A stretch of DNA of 64,000 nucleotides from an uncultured Gemmatimonadaceae bacterium (GCA_963740355.1 CAVUDW010000002.1:1152001-1216000); one strand, 5' to 3'; numbered from the stretch's first letter, positions 9,851 through 20,143 are shown. Notes: generated by a model not told the origin, from the sequence alone. Numbers and translations are program-made.

Positions 9851-10533
9851 GCGCGTTCCTCGGCGGCGTCGTACGCCTCGCGCGAGATGGCAACGAAGCG
9901 CACACGATCGCCCGCCTGCAGCAGCGCGGGTGGGGTGCGCGTGGGTGCAAACAGTGCCAGCGGTGTGCGGCCGATGAGATGCCAACCACCAGGTGAGCTG
10001 CACGGGTAGATGCCGGTGCTGCTGCCGCCAATGCCAACACTGCCCACCGGCACCTTGGTGCGCGGCGACGAACGCCGTGGCGTATGCAGCGCGGGATCGA
10101 GGCCATCGAGATATGGGAAGCCCGGCAGGAATCCGATCATTGCGACGGTGTAGTCGCCGGCGGTGTGCGCGGCCACGATCGCGTCGCTGGTCGTGGCATG
10201 CGCCGCCGCCACATCCTCGAGATCGGGGCCGAACTCTCCGCCGTAACAAACCGGAATCACCACTGGCGTCCGCGGGGCGTCCTCCGTGATCTCGAGCGTG
10301 TCGAGGGTCTGCCCGAGATAGTGCTCGAGCGTCCTGAAATCGGTGTGGACGGGATCGTAGTGGAGTGTGAGGGCCCGAATGGCCGGGACGAGGCCACTCA
10401 CGCCCACCGGGCGCTCGGTTCGGAGTCGCGCCGTGAGGCTCCGGATGAGCGCGCGGGCCGGCGCGCCGTCGGCGTCGGGGAACTCGATCGTGAGTGCGCG
10501 ATCGCCGAGAGGGACAACGGTGCGGGGGCGCAT
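9847..10533 (-). CDS. pxpB: 5-oxoprolinase subunit B (AHS1 domain)
   Basis: PLGDRAL, IPVCYGGEFGPDL, GFLPGFPYL, GIYP..SPGGW.LIGRT; ATG at 10533. Confidence 0.92.
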   Translation of the reverse strand: MRPRTVVPLGDRALTIEFPDADGAPARALIRSLTARLRTERPVGVSGLVPAIRALTLHYDPVHTDFRTLEHYLGQTLDTLEITEDAPRTPVVIPVCYGGEFGPDLEDVAAAHATTSDAIVAAHTAGDYTVAMIGFLPGFPYLDGLDPALHTPRRSSPRTKVPVGSVGIGGSSTGIYPCSSPGGWHLIGRTPLALFAPTRTPPALLQAGDRVRFVAISREAYDAAEERA

Positions 10534-10625
10534 GGTCGGCACAGTATGCCCGTGCGGCACGGCGGGCGCGAGGCACCACGTCGATACATCAGGGCTGTCT
10601 GCCACGTGCATGATTGCCTGACGGG

Positions 10626-10637
10626 GTAACCGGTTAC
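10626..10637. promoter_or_regulatory. Perfect 12-bp palindrome GTAACCGGTTAC, candidate operator between divergent pxpB and pcs
   Basis: Seen directly; resembles LacI-family CG-centred operators. Confidence 0.45.
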
Positions 10638-10778
10638 TCCTCTGTTGTAACGCGAGGACTGGCAGTTTCGTCCTTGCCAGCACTGCTGGCACCCGACTTG
10701 TTTTGTCTGTTCACGTCGGGGTAGCCGCCGTGGTCGAATGTGCTGCACATCTTCCCGCCACCGCCCGGAGTAGCCGGC

Positions 10779-13700
10779 ATGGCCGTACTGGCAGATCCAT
10801 CCCTCGTCGATTCGACGGGGCCCCGCGTCGTGTCGCCACCTCAGGCGCGCCGCAATCCGATCCGGTCGCGCACCGACTGGGAGCGCATGCGGGCCGAGTG
10901 CCTCGCCGATCCGGGTCGCTTCCACGGCGAAATTGCGAAGCGTGAGCTGCACTGGTTCCATCCCGAGGTGGGACCCAACGGAGCCTGGATCACGTGGGAT
11001 GACGCCGCAAAGCAGTGGACCGGATGGGACGCTGCCACGGGTTTGGCCGTCGAGCCGGGCCTTGCCGCCGACTTCACACCGTGGAGCCGTGCCTTCAATG
11101 GCGACGCGGCCCCATTCTGGCGCTGGTTCGAAGGGGCGCTGACGAATGCGGGCTTCAACGAAGTGGATCGCCATGTGCTGGCGGGCCATGGGGATGAAGC
11201 GGCCCTGATCTTCGAAGGCGACCGGTGGGACATGTCGGTGGACAATGGTCGCGGTGGTCCGGTGGACTGTTATCCGGTCTCCCGTCGCACGCTGATGCTG
11301 GAAGCGGCCAAGTGTTCGATCGCGCTCGGGGCACTCGGTGTGAAGCGTGGCGATCGCATCGCGCTCAACATGCCGAACATTCCGGCGCAGCTGTTCTGGA
11401 CGGAAGGGGCAAAGCGAATCGGCGTGGTGTACACGCCAGTGTTCGGCGGATTCAGCGACAAGACGTTGAGCGATCGCATTCATGATGCGGGCGCGCGTGT
11501 GGTGATCACCTGCGACGGCGGCTATCGCAACGCGCAGATCGTCCCGTTCAAGACCGCATACACCGATCCAGCACTCGACGACTATGTCCCGCTGACATCG
11601 GCGCGCGGTGTCGTGGCCGAGACGCTGCAGGCGCTGCAACTGACGCCCGCCCGCATTGCGACATTGCTCGAGGCGATCGACGAGACGCTGGCCGGTGAGA
11701 TCACGGTGCAGCGCAGCGACGTGATGCGCGGAGTGGGTCGCGCCCTGCAGAAGTTGTCGGATGCGCATGACCTCCCCGCAAGCGAGGCGAGCCGGGTGCG
11801 CACCGCGATCGCCGCGGCGCTCGTCTCAACACCGCCACGCGTCGATGCGGTGGTGGTCGTGAAGCACAGTGGCATCGATGACATCGTGTGGCGCGAGGAG
11901 CGCGACCGTTGGAGCCACACGCTCACCGATGCGGCGCTGGAATCGATCCTCACAGCGGCGCGTGGCATCGGCATCGTGGTCGCATCGGAAGCCGAGTTGC
12001 TGGCATTGCCGGACGCGGAGTTCGTGCGCGCGATCTGGAGCGCGAGCGCGCCCGCGCCGCTGGATGCCGAGTTCCCACTGTTCTTCATCTACACCTCAGG
12101 CTCCACAGGCAAGCCGAAGGGCGTGGTCCATGTGCACGGCGGATACACCTCGGGCATCGCCTACTCGATGCGCGTGGCGTTCGACGCTGCGCCGGGCGAC
12201 GTGATGTACGTGGTGGCCGACCCGGGTTGGATCACAGGCCAGAGCTACATGATCTCGGCGGCACTCACGACCCGCGTCACGAGTGTGTTCACCGAAGGCG
12301 CGCCTGTCTTTCCGCACGCCGGTCGCTTCGCCTCGATCATCGAACGACACAAGGTCAGCATCTTCAAGGCCGGTGCGACGTTCCTCAAGAGCATCATGCA
12401 GGACCACCAGAACGCGGAGGACGTGCGTCGCTACGACCTGTCCACACTCCGCGTGTGCACGTTCTGCGCAGAACCCGTGTCGCCGGTGGTGCAGCAATTC
12501 GGCATGGACCTGCTGGCACCGTGGTACATCAATTCGTACTGGGCCACTGAGCACGGCGGCATCGCGTGGACGCACTTCTACGGGAACGGCGACTTCCCGC
12601 TGCGTGCCGATGCGCATACCTATGCGCTGCCCTGGATCGTGGGCGATGTGTGGACGGAGGCCTCCGTCGATGACGTGAATCCCGAGGCGCCACTGGCGTT
12701 GTATCGGCGGGCTGGTGACACCGGTACCGCGTTCCGGCGCGCCGCGCTGGACGAGAAGGGCGAGATCGTGATCTCGGCGCCGTATCCGTACCTGGCGCGG
12801 ACGGTGTGGGGCGACAGCGAACACTTCACCGTGGATGGAGCTCGCGTCTCACCGGCATGGCAGGGAGACATCGCGCGCTGGACCAGCACCTACTGGTCGC
12901 GCTGGAAAGGCGCGTGGGCCTATACGCAGGGCGACTTCGCGGTGCGGTACGCCGACGGGTCGTTCTCGCTGCATGGTCGCAGCGATGACGTGATCAACGT
13001 CTCGGGCCATCGCATGGGGACCGAGGAGATCGAGGGGGCGATCCTCCGGCACCGGCAGCTGGATCCCGACTCACCGGTGGGCAACGTGATCGTCGTGGGT
13101 GCGCCACATCGCGAGAAGGGATTGACGCCGCTTGCGTTCGTGAAGCCCAGCGCCGGCCGCACACTCACGCAGGACGACAAGCGCCGCCTGACGGAGTTGG
13201 TGCGCTTCGAGAAGGGTGCTGTCGCGGTACCGAGCGATTTCATCGAGGTCACCCAGTTCCCCGAGACGCGCAGTGGCAAGTACGTCCGCCGCATGGTGCG
13301 CGCCTTGGTGGAAGGCACCGATGTGGGCGACACCAGCACCCTGCGCAACCCGGAGTCGATTGGCGAGTTGCAGAAGGCGATCGCGGAATGGCAGCGACGC
13401 CAGAAGCTCTCGGAAGAGCAGCAGCTCTTCGAGCGCTACCGGTACTTCCGCGTGCAGTACAACACGCTCGCGCGCGGCGCCAAGGTGGCGACGGTCTACG
13501 TCACGAATCCGCCAGTGAACGCCCTCAACGAGCGAGCGCTGGACGAACTGAACATCGTGGTCGATCACCTCGCGCGGCGCGACGACGTGAAGGCCGTGGT
13601 CTTCACCGGCGACGGCACGTCATCGTTCGTGGCCGGTGCCGACATCCGGCAGTTCCTCGATGAGATACACACGCTGGAACAGGCGCGGGTGCTGCCGAAC

Positions 13701-16310
13701 AATGCGCAACTGGCGTTCCGCCGCATCGAGCGGATGGGCAAGCCGTGCATCGCGGCCATCCAGGGCGTGGCCCTCGGCGGCGGCATGGAGTTCGCGCTCG
13801 CCTGTCACTATCGCGTGGCGGAGCCCTACTCACAATTCGGTCAGCCGGAGATTCGCCTGCGGCTGCTGCCTGGCTACGGTGGCACCCAACGCTTGCCGCG
13901 GCTCCTCGCCGACCGTCGCGGGGCCGCGGGTGTGCGCGATGCGCTCGAGATGCTGCTCAGTGGTCGCAACGTGGACGGCGAACAGGCGCAGGAAATCGGA
14001 CTGGTGGACGAACTCAGTTCGGCCAGCAGCGATGTCCTGTCGTGCGCTCACGCCCGTGTGCGCGAGTGGTATCGCACCGGCGACGCGAGCGTGCTGGGGA
14101 AGGCACATCTCGGGCGGCTGGCCCAGGCGGATGCGTGGAATGAGCCAGCCACGATCGATCTCGATACGGTGCTTGCAGACAAGCATCTGCTGAACGTGCT
14201 CACGCAACTGACATGGGCGGAGCGTGCGATGGCCGGCGCACGTGTGCTCGACGCCGTGCGCACGGGATGGGCACAAGGGTTGGATGCAGGCCTGATCCGC
14301 GAAGCCGAGCTGTTCGCCGAAGGGGTCGTGGACCCGAACGGCGGCAAGGCCGGCATTCGGCAGTTCCTCGACAAGCAGAGTGCACCGTTGCCGATCAAGC
14401 GCGACGGCGTGCGACTGGTGAGCGAACAACAGGAATTCATCAAGTCGCGCCTGGCGGAGGGTGAGCTCCTCCGTGTCGGCGCGCCTTTCTATCCGGGCGT
14501 GACACAGATCCCGTCGTGGCAGTTTGCGTTCGGTGTGCCCAAGGACCAGAAGACGGGCGCCCCGCGGTTCGGTCCGCCGAACGTCGCCGAGCAGGAACTG
14601 ATCGTGCCAGTGGGCGAGCCGGGCGCGATGGAGGCGCTGGTCTACGTGCTGGCCTCGGAGGTGAACTTCAACGACATCTGGGCCATCACCGGTATCCCGG
14701 TGTCAAGCTTCGACAATCACGACCTCGATGTGCAGGTGACGGGGTCAGGCGGGCTCGGATTGGTCGCCGCACTTGGCAGTGATGCGAAGAGTGAAGGGCG
14801 ATTGAAGGTCGGCGACCTGGTGGCGATCTACAGTGGCCAGAGTGACCTGCTGTCACCGTTGGCGGCGCGTGATCCGATGTACGCCGACTTCGCCATCCAG
14901 GGATACGAGACGGACTTCGGCAGCCACTCACAGTTCATCGTGACACAGGCGCCGCAGCTGAACCCGATCCCGGGCGACCTGACTCTCGAGCAGGCTGGTT
15001 CGTACATCCTCAACCTCGGCACCATCGTGCGTGCCTTGTTCACGACGCTCAGGATCGAGGCCGGAAAGACGATGTTCGTCGAAGGTTCGGCCACCGGCAC
15101 CGGGCTCGAGGCGCTCAAGACCGCACTCAAAACCGGGGTGCAGGTGACGGGCCTCGTCTCGAGCAGTGAGCGTGCCGCTGCCGTGCGCGCGCTCGGCGCC
15201 ACCGCGACGCTGGATCGCAAGGATGCCCGCTTCGCCGACCTCTTCACCGTGGTACCGGAGGACGAGGCGGGGACGCGCGCCTGGCTCGCCGCGGGCGAAG
15301 TGCTGTGCGCCGAGTATCGCGCGCAGAATAACGGCCGCCTCGCAGACTACGTGGTGTCGCATGCTGGCGAGACGGCCTTTCCGCGGTCGTTCCAGCTGCT
15401 CGAACAGGGCGGCGAGTTGACGTTCTATGGTGCGTCGAGCGGCTATCACTTCACCTTCGTCGGCAAGTCGGGCACCTCGTCACCGGAAGCCATGCTGCGA
15501 CGTGCGGCGCTCCGCGCCGGCGAGGCCGTGCTGGTGTTCTATGGGCCACGCACCCGTGAACTCGTCGACCGCGTTGGACTCGAGATGATCGAAGCCGTGC
15601 GCGCGCTGCGTGGACGGTGTGTGGTGGCCACGACCACCGATGGTCAGCGGGAGTTCCTGCAGTCGCTGGGCTTCGAGGACGCCATTGCCGGTGTGGTGTC
15701 GCTGGAGGAGATCGGCCGGCGGAGCTCCGAGTTCGAGTGGCCGCTCACCATGCCTCGACTCCCCGATGCCAAGCAGCACACGGAGCGCTTCCGCCAATCG
15801 GTGCGTGATTTCCAGGATCACACGCTGAAGCCATTCGGTGCGGCGGTGGGCAAGCTGCTCCGCTCGCCGGACAACCCTCGCGGCGCACCGGACCTGATCA
15901 TGGAGCGCGCAGGGCATGATGCGCTCGGTGTGTCGACGTCGCTGGTCAAGCCGTTCACCGGCCGGGTGGTCTACTGCGAGGAAATGGAGGGCAAGCGGTA
16001 CGCGTTCTATGCACCGCAGGTGTGGACGCGGCAACGCAAGATTCTCATGCCCACCGCATCGATCCTTGGCACGCACCTCACGAATGCGTTCGAGGTGACG
16101 CGCATGAACGACATGATCTCGGCGGGGCTGCTCGACATCACGCCACCGACCGTGGTGCCGTGGCACGACTTGCCGACGGCCCACCAGGCGATGTGGGAGA
16201 ACAAGCACGCTGGCGCCAACTATCTCGTGAACCATGCGCTCCCCGCGCTTGGCTTGCGCAGCAAGGACGCGTTGCTGGAAGCGTGGGCGGCTACGGAGCA
16301 GGAATCATGA
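10779..16310 (+). CDS. pcs: Trifunctional propionyl-CoA synthase (3-hydroxypropionyl-CoA synthetase + dehydratase + acrylyl-CoA reductase), about 1843 aa
   Basis: AMP-binding domain (YTSGSTGKPKG, YWATEHG, GRSDDVINVSGHR, PETRSGK), crotonase domain (FVAGADI, ALGGGME, QPEIRLRLLPGYGGTQRL) and CCR-like MDR domain (SEVNFND, IQGYET, GTH); GGAG RBS before ATG 10779. Confidence 0.9.
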   Translation: MAVLADPSLVDSTGPRVVSPPQARRNPIRSRTDWERMRAECLADPGRFHGEIAKRELHWFHPEVGPNGAWITWDDAAKQWTGWDAATGLAVEPGLAADFTPWSRAFNGDAAPFWRWFEGALTNAGFNEVDRHVLAGHGDEAALIFEGDRWDMSVDNGRGGPVDCYPVSRRTLMLEAAKCSIALGALGVKRGDRIALNMPNIPAQLFWTEGAKRIGVVYTPVFGGFSDKTLSDRIHDAGARVVITCDGGYRNAQIVPFKTAYTDPALDDYVPLTSARGVVAETLQALQLTPARIATLLEAIDETLAGEITVQRSDVMRGVGRALQKLSDAHDLPASEASRVRTAIAAALVSTPPRVDAVVVVKHSGIDDIVWREERDRWSHTLTDAALESILTAARGIGIVVASEAELLALPDAEFVRAIWSASAPAPLDAEFPLFFIYTSGSTGKPKGVVHVHGGYTSGIAYSMRVAFDAAPGDVMYVVADPGWITGQSYMISAALTTRVTSVFTEGAPVFPHAGRFASIIERHKVSIFKAGATFLKSIMQDHQNAEDVRRYDLSTLRVCTFCAEPVSPVVQQFGMDLLAPWYINSYWATEHGGIAWTHFYGNGDFPLRADAHTYALPWIVGDVWTEASVDDVNPEAPLALYRRAGDTGTAFRRAALDEKGEIVISAPYPYLARTVWGDSEHFTVDGARVSPAWQGDIARWTSTYWSRWKGAWAYTQGDFAVRYADGSFSLHGRSDDVINVSGHRMGTEEIEGAILRHRQLDPDSPVGNVIVVGAPHREKGLTPLAFVKPSAGRTLTQDDKRRLTELVRFEKGAVAVPSDFIEVTQFPETRSGKYVRRMVRALVEGTDVGDTSTLRNPESIGELQKAIAEWQRRQKLSEEQQLFERYRYFRVQYNTLARGAKVATVYVTNPPVNALNERALDELNIVVDHLARRDDVKAVVFTGDGTSSFVAGADIRQFLDEIHTLEQARVLPNNAQLAFRRIERMGKPCIAAIQGVALGGGMEFALACHYRVAEPYSQFGQPEIRLRLLPGYGGTQRLPRLLADRRGAAGVRDALEMLLSGRNVDGEQAQEIGLVDELSSASSDVLSCAHARVREWYRTGDASVLGKAHLGRLAQADAWNEPATIDLDTVLADKHLLNVLTQLTWAERAMAGARVLDAVRTGWAQGLDAGLIREAELFAEGVVDPNGGKAGIRQFLDKQSAPLPIKRDGVRLVSEQQEFIKSRLAEGELLRVGAPFYPGVTQIPSWQFAFGVPKDQKTGAPRFGPPNVAEQELIVPVGEPGAMEALVYVLASEVNFNDIWAITGIPVSSFDNHDLDVQVTGSGGLGLVAALGSDAKSEGRLKVGDLVAIYSGQSDLLSPLAARDPMYADFAIQGYETDFGSHSQFIVTQAPQLNPIPGDLTLEQAGSYILNLGTIVRALFTTLRIEAGKTMFVEGSATGTGLEALKTALKTGVQVTGLVSSSERAAAVRALGATATLDRKDARFADLFTVVPEDEAGTRAWLAAGEVLCAEYRAQNNGRLADYVVSHAGETAFPRSFQLLEQGGELTFYGASSGYHFTFVGKSGTSSPEAMLRRAALRAGEAVLVFYGPRTRELVDRVGLEMIEAVRALRGRCVVATTTDGQREFLQSLGFEDAIAGVVSLEEIGRRSSEFEWPLTMPRLPDAKQHTERFRQSVRDFQDHTLKPFGAAVGKLLRSPDNPRGAPDLIMERAGHDALGVSTSLVKPFTGRVVYCEEMEGKRYAFYAPQVWTRQRKILMPTASILGTHLTNAFEVTRMNDMISAGLLDITPPTVVPWHDLPTAHQAMWENKHAGANYLVNHALPALGLRSKDALLEAWAATEQES

Positions 16311-19300
16311 GCGCACAGCCTGAGGGAACGTTGACACAGCCAGCACTTGGAGAGGCAATGGAGGCGACGGGTCGCGAGGGGCGTCTGAGCGGGAAGGTGG
16401 CACTGGTGACGGGTGCCGCCGGCAACCTTGGCGGCCACATCACTCGCCACTACCTGCGCGAAGGCGCCACGGTGATCCTCACTGGTCGCGAGCGCAATCG
16501 CGTCGAGGCGGCGCGACTCGACGCCATCCAGCAGACTGGTGTTCCCGATGACCGCGCCACCATCGTGACGCTCGACGGCGCCGATCCGGTGTCGGTGCGC
16601 GCCGCCTTCGCTGAGGCGATCGCGACGCATGGGCGCATCGACATCGTGGTGAACAACGCTGGCTCGGCCGGACCGCGACAGCCGTTGCGCAACGTGCCGA
16701 TCACGCGAGACGAGCTGGATGCACTGCGCGCCGCGGGATCGACCGACAGCGAGACGGTGGGTGATGCCATGCGCAGCATTCTCGGCGTCGCCTGGCATGT
16801 GGCCAACGCCGCCGCGCGGGTGATGCAGCCGGGCGGATCGGTGATCAACATCTCGACGATCTTCTCGCGCACCGAGTACTACGCGCGCTCTCCATACGTC
16901 GTCCCGAAGGCAGCGCTGAACGCGCTCTCACGTCAGCTGTCGTTCGAGCTGGGTGAGCGTGGCATTCGCGTAAACACGATCTATCCGGGGCCGATCCGCT
17001 CCGAGCGCATCCAGACCGTGTTTGCCGCGATGGACAAGATGCGCGGCGACGAACCGGGCACCACGGCGACGAGCTTCACCGGGTTGATGTCGCTGAAGCG
17101 GGCTGGCGAGGATCCCGCGGCGGGGCGCACCTTCCCGACACCGAAGGATGTTGCGAACACCTGTGTCTTCCTTGGCAGCGACGAGTCGGCCGCGTTCAAT
17201 GGGCACGACTTCGAGGTGACGCACGGCATGTGGGTGCGCAAGGAGAGCCGCTCGGAGTTCGTCTCGCGGCCGACGATGCGCACCGTGGATGGCAGTGGAC
17301 TCTCGGTGCTGGTCGCGTGCGGCGATGCCCTCGATGACGGCCTCGCGGTGGCGCGGATGCAGGCGGAGGTGGGTGCGGCCGTGCTGCTCGGCGTGCCGCG
17401 GGATGCGGACGTGGTGGCGATTCAGTCACAGCTCGAGTCGCGGGGCCATGACGCACAGATTCGCGTCGCCCGTTTCGACCGCAGTCAGCCGGCCATCATG
17501 GAGCAGGCGCTCAGCGACGGCCCAGCCGGCGGCGGCCCGATTCATGGTGCGATCATCCTGCCGGCCTTCGGTCCTGAGCGTTTTCGCGGGCTGGTGTCAG
17601 AAGCGCCCGACGACGACATCGAGACCTTCATCGACAACGAGCTCACCGGCGCAATCGCGCTGGCGCGCACGCTGAGCCGGTACTGGAGCGCTCGCACCGA
17701 CCTGCCGCGCAATCCGCGGTTCGTGATGATGTCGAACGGCCACGACGGCGCGTACAACTCGTACGCCGACATGATTCGTGCGGCACTCGAGTCGCTCACG
17801 CGTGTGTGGCGCGACGAGACCAAGGTCGATGTGAAGCATGGGCGGCGGCAGTGGATCGAGTGGGGCAACCAGATCATCCGCTACGGCAACACCGAACCGG
17901 AGAACCGTCGCTTTGCGGCCGGGCAGGCGGCGCGCCTCATCTACACCGATCGACGCATCCCGCAGGTGAACCTGTACATGCCGAAGTCGATCGTGAAGGC
18001 GACAGGCGCCAAGCGTTCGATGGTCGGATTCATGGAAAACATCACCGGCCTCCATCTCGGCAAGGTGGCACTGATCACCGGTGGATCGGCTGGCATTGGC
18101 GGACAGGTGGCGCGATTGCTGGCGATGGGCGGCGCCCGCGTGATGCTGGTGGCACGTCGCGAAAGCGAGCTGGAAGTGATGCGCTCACAGATCGTCGGTG
18201 AACTGGAAGACGTCGGCTACAGCGGCGCGGATCGCCGCGTTCTGACGATGGCTGGTGTGGACGTGGGTGATGTCTCGACGTTGCGGCGCGCCGTGGAAGG
18301 CACGTTGGCGGCCTTCGGTCGCATCGACTACCTGATCAACAACGCCGGTGTGTCAGGGGCAGAAGAGATGGTGGTCGACATGAGCCTCGATGCGTGGCGC
18401 TATACGCTCGACGCAAACCTCGTGTCGAATTATGCCCTGCTGAAGGAAGTGGTGCCGGTGATGCGGAAGCAGGGCAGCGGCTACATCCTCAACGTGTCGA
18501 GTTACTTCGGTGGCGAGAAGCACCTCGCCGTGGCGTATCCCAATCGTGCCGATTACGCAGTGTCGAAGGCCGGCCAGCGGGCGCTGGTCGAGACGCTCGC
18601 CCGTCACCTCGGGCCGGAGATCCAGATCAATGCGATCGCGCCAGGGCCTGTCGATGGTGATCGGTTGCGCGGCCTGGGCGGCAAGCCCGGGTTGTTCATG
18701 CGACGCGGCCGGCTGATCCTCGAGAACAAGCGCCTGAACGCGATCCACGCTGCGGTGGTGAAGACGGTGCGACGCGGGTTGCGCGTGGAGGCCGTGCTGG
18801 AGCGGCTGGCGGCGAACGATGTGCCTCTGCTCGTGGCGGATGCGGACGTGCCGCGCGAACTGCGCGACCTCGCGCTCCAGTGCCAGTCGGAAGGCGCTGA
18901 GGGATCGACGTGGGGCGCGTATCTCATGACGCCATTGATTGCAGCGCACCTCGTCGATCGACTGGAGCTGGGGGGCATCTTTCTCGACGCCGGTGACTGG
19001 ATTGCACCCACCGGCGACAGCTGGCTGCGCCGGACGCCGCCTGAGGAGACGCCGTTCCTCCCTGCGGCGATGATCACACGGGAAGCGGAGAAGGTGAATC
19101 GCGGTGTGATGTCGCTGCTGCACTTGCGGCGCATGCCAACCGAGGCGGAGGTCGCGCTGGCGACCGTGTTCTTCCTTGCCGATCGCGCCGTCAGCGGCGA
19201 GACCTTCATGCCGTCAGGTGGCTTGAACCTCGAGCGCTCGATCACGGATCGCGAACTGTTCGGCAGCGCGAAGCGTGAACGACTGGATCAGTTGCGCGGG

Positions 19301-20011
19301 CGCACGGTGTGGTTGATCGGTGAGCACCTGGCGCCGCATCTCGCCGAGGCGGTGCGACAGCTGGCGGAGCTCTGCCAGGTGGGGAAGGTGGTGCTGCTGA
19401 CGCGGACGATGGCAGGCGCGGATGGCATCGAGGCGCTGGTGCCGCGCGAGCTGCGACGGGTGCTGGTGAAGATCCCGTGCGGTGACGATATCGAGAGCGG
19501 CATGAATGCGGCGCTGCAGCAGGCGGGCAAGCCGACGACCGTGATCTCGACGCCGTTTGCGCCGTTGCCACCGGCGCTGTTCGGCACCGATGGTGAAGTG
19601 CTGGACGCCGCGACGTTCCGTGAGCTGGTGGAGGTGAACCTGACGCATCACTTCCGCGTGGCCCGCAAGGCCTCGTTGATCGATGACGCGCAGCTGGTGC
19701 TGGTGTCGCCAGATGTGCCGGCCGGCGGGCATCTCGAGACGTTCTCGCTCGCGAACTTCGTGAAGACTACGATGCATGCGTTGACCGCGACGCTGGCGGT
19801 CGAGAATGAGCGCCTGGTGAACGATGTGCCGGTGAACCAGATCAACCTCACCCGTCGCGTGCGGAGTGAAGAGCCGCGCGACGAGGAGGAGACGCTGGAA
19901 GAGGTTCGACGTTTTGCCCGCGCGGTCCTGCTGGCCGGTGCGCCGCTGCCGGATGCAGAGGATTCGCGGTACCGATCACGGATTTATCGCGGGATGGCGA
20001 TCACCGTGTGA
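16307..20011 (+). CDS. mcr: Bifunctional malonyl-CoA reductase (malonyl-CoA to 3-hydroxypropionate), about 1234 aa
   Basis: Tandem SDR domains: TGAAGNLG/NNAG/YYARSPYVVPK and TGGSAGIG/NNAG/YPNRADYAVSK; C-terminus RIYRGMAITV resembles Chloroflexus MCR; ATGA overlap with pcs. Confidence 0.9.
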   Translation: MSAQPEGTLTQPALGEAMEATGREGRLSGKVALVTGAAGNLGGHITRHYLREGATVILTGRERNRVEAARLDAIQQTGVPDDRATIVTLDGADPVSVRAAFAEAIATHGRIDIVVNNAGSAGPRQPLRNVPITRDELDALRAAGSTDSETVGDAMRSILGVAWHVANAAARVMQPGGSVINISTIFSRTEYYARSPYVVPKAALNALSRQLSFELGERGIRVNTIYPGPIRSERIQTVFAAMDKMRGDEPGTTATSFTGLMSLKRAGEDPAAGRTFPTPKDVANTCVFLGSDESAAFNGHDFEVTHGMWVRKESRSEFVSRPTMRTVDGSGLSVLVACGDALDDGLAVARMQAEVGAAVLLGVPRDADVVAIQSQLESRGHDAQIRVARFDRSQPAIMEQALSDGPAGGGPIHGAIILPAFGPERFRGLVSEAPDDDIETFIDNELTGAIALARTLSRYWSARTDLPRNPRFVMMSNGHDGAYNSYADMIRAALESLTRVWRDETKVDVKHGRRQWIEWGNQIIRYGNTEPENRRFAAGQAARLIYTDRRIPQVNLYMPKSIVKATGAKRSMVGFMENITGLHLGKVALITGGSAGIGGQVARLLAMGGARVMLVARRESELEVMRSQIVGELEDVGYSGADRRVLTMAGVDVGDVSTLRRAVEGTLAAFGRIDYLINNAGVSGAEEMVVDMSLDAWRYTLDANLVSNYALLKEVVPVMRKQGSGYILNVSSYFGGEKHLAVAYPNRADYAVSKAGQRALVETLARHLGPEIQINAIAPGPVDGDRLRGLGGKPGLFMRRGRLILENKRLNAIHAAVVKTVRRGLRVEAVLERLAANDVPLLVADADVPRELRDLALQCQSEGAEGSTWGAYLMTPLIAAHLVDRLELGGIFLDAGDWIAPTGDSWLRRTPPEETPFLPAAMITREAEKVNRGVMSLLHLRRMPTEAEVALATVFFLADRAVSGETFMPSGGLNLERSITDRELFGSAKRERLDQLRGRTVWLIGEHLAPHLAEAVRQLAELCQVGKVVLLTRTMAGADGIEALVPRELRRVLVKIPCGDDIESGMNAALQQAGKPTTVISTPFAPLPPALFGTDGEVLDAATFRELVEVNLTHHFRVARKASLIDDAQLVLVSPDVPAGGHLETFSLANFVKTTMHALTATLAVENERLVNDVPVNQINLTRRVRSEEPRDEEETLEEVRRFARAVLLAGAPLPDAEDSRYRSRIYRGMAITV

Positions 20012-20143
20012 GGGCAGGGCAGGTGCGATGTGATGGTGGCGCGGCGCGCGAGGCTCCGGTCGTGGTCGGTGAGCCGTCTTCTCCGGCCAGCTAGTTTCAA
20101 GGGTCGCCTGATTCGGGCGCGACCACCATCAACTCGTACTGGC

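Noticed and set aside
8846..10579. 577-aa ORF suggesting a PxpB-PxpC fusion
   Set aside because: PxpB is in a different frame; pxpC begins at GTG 9850 overlapping the pxpB stop
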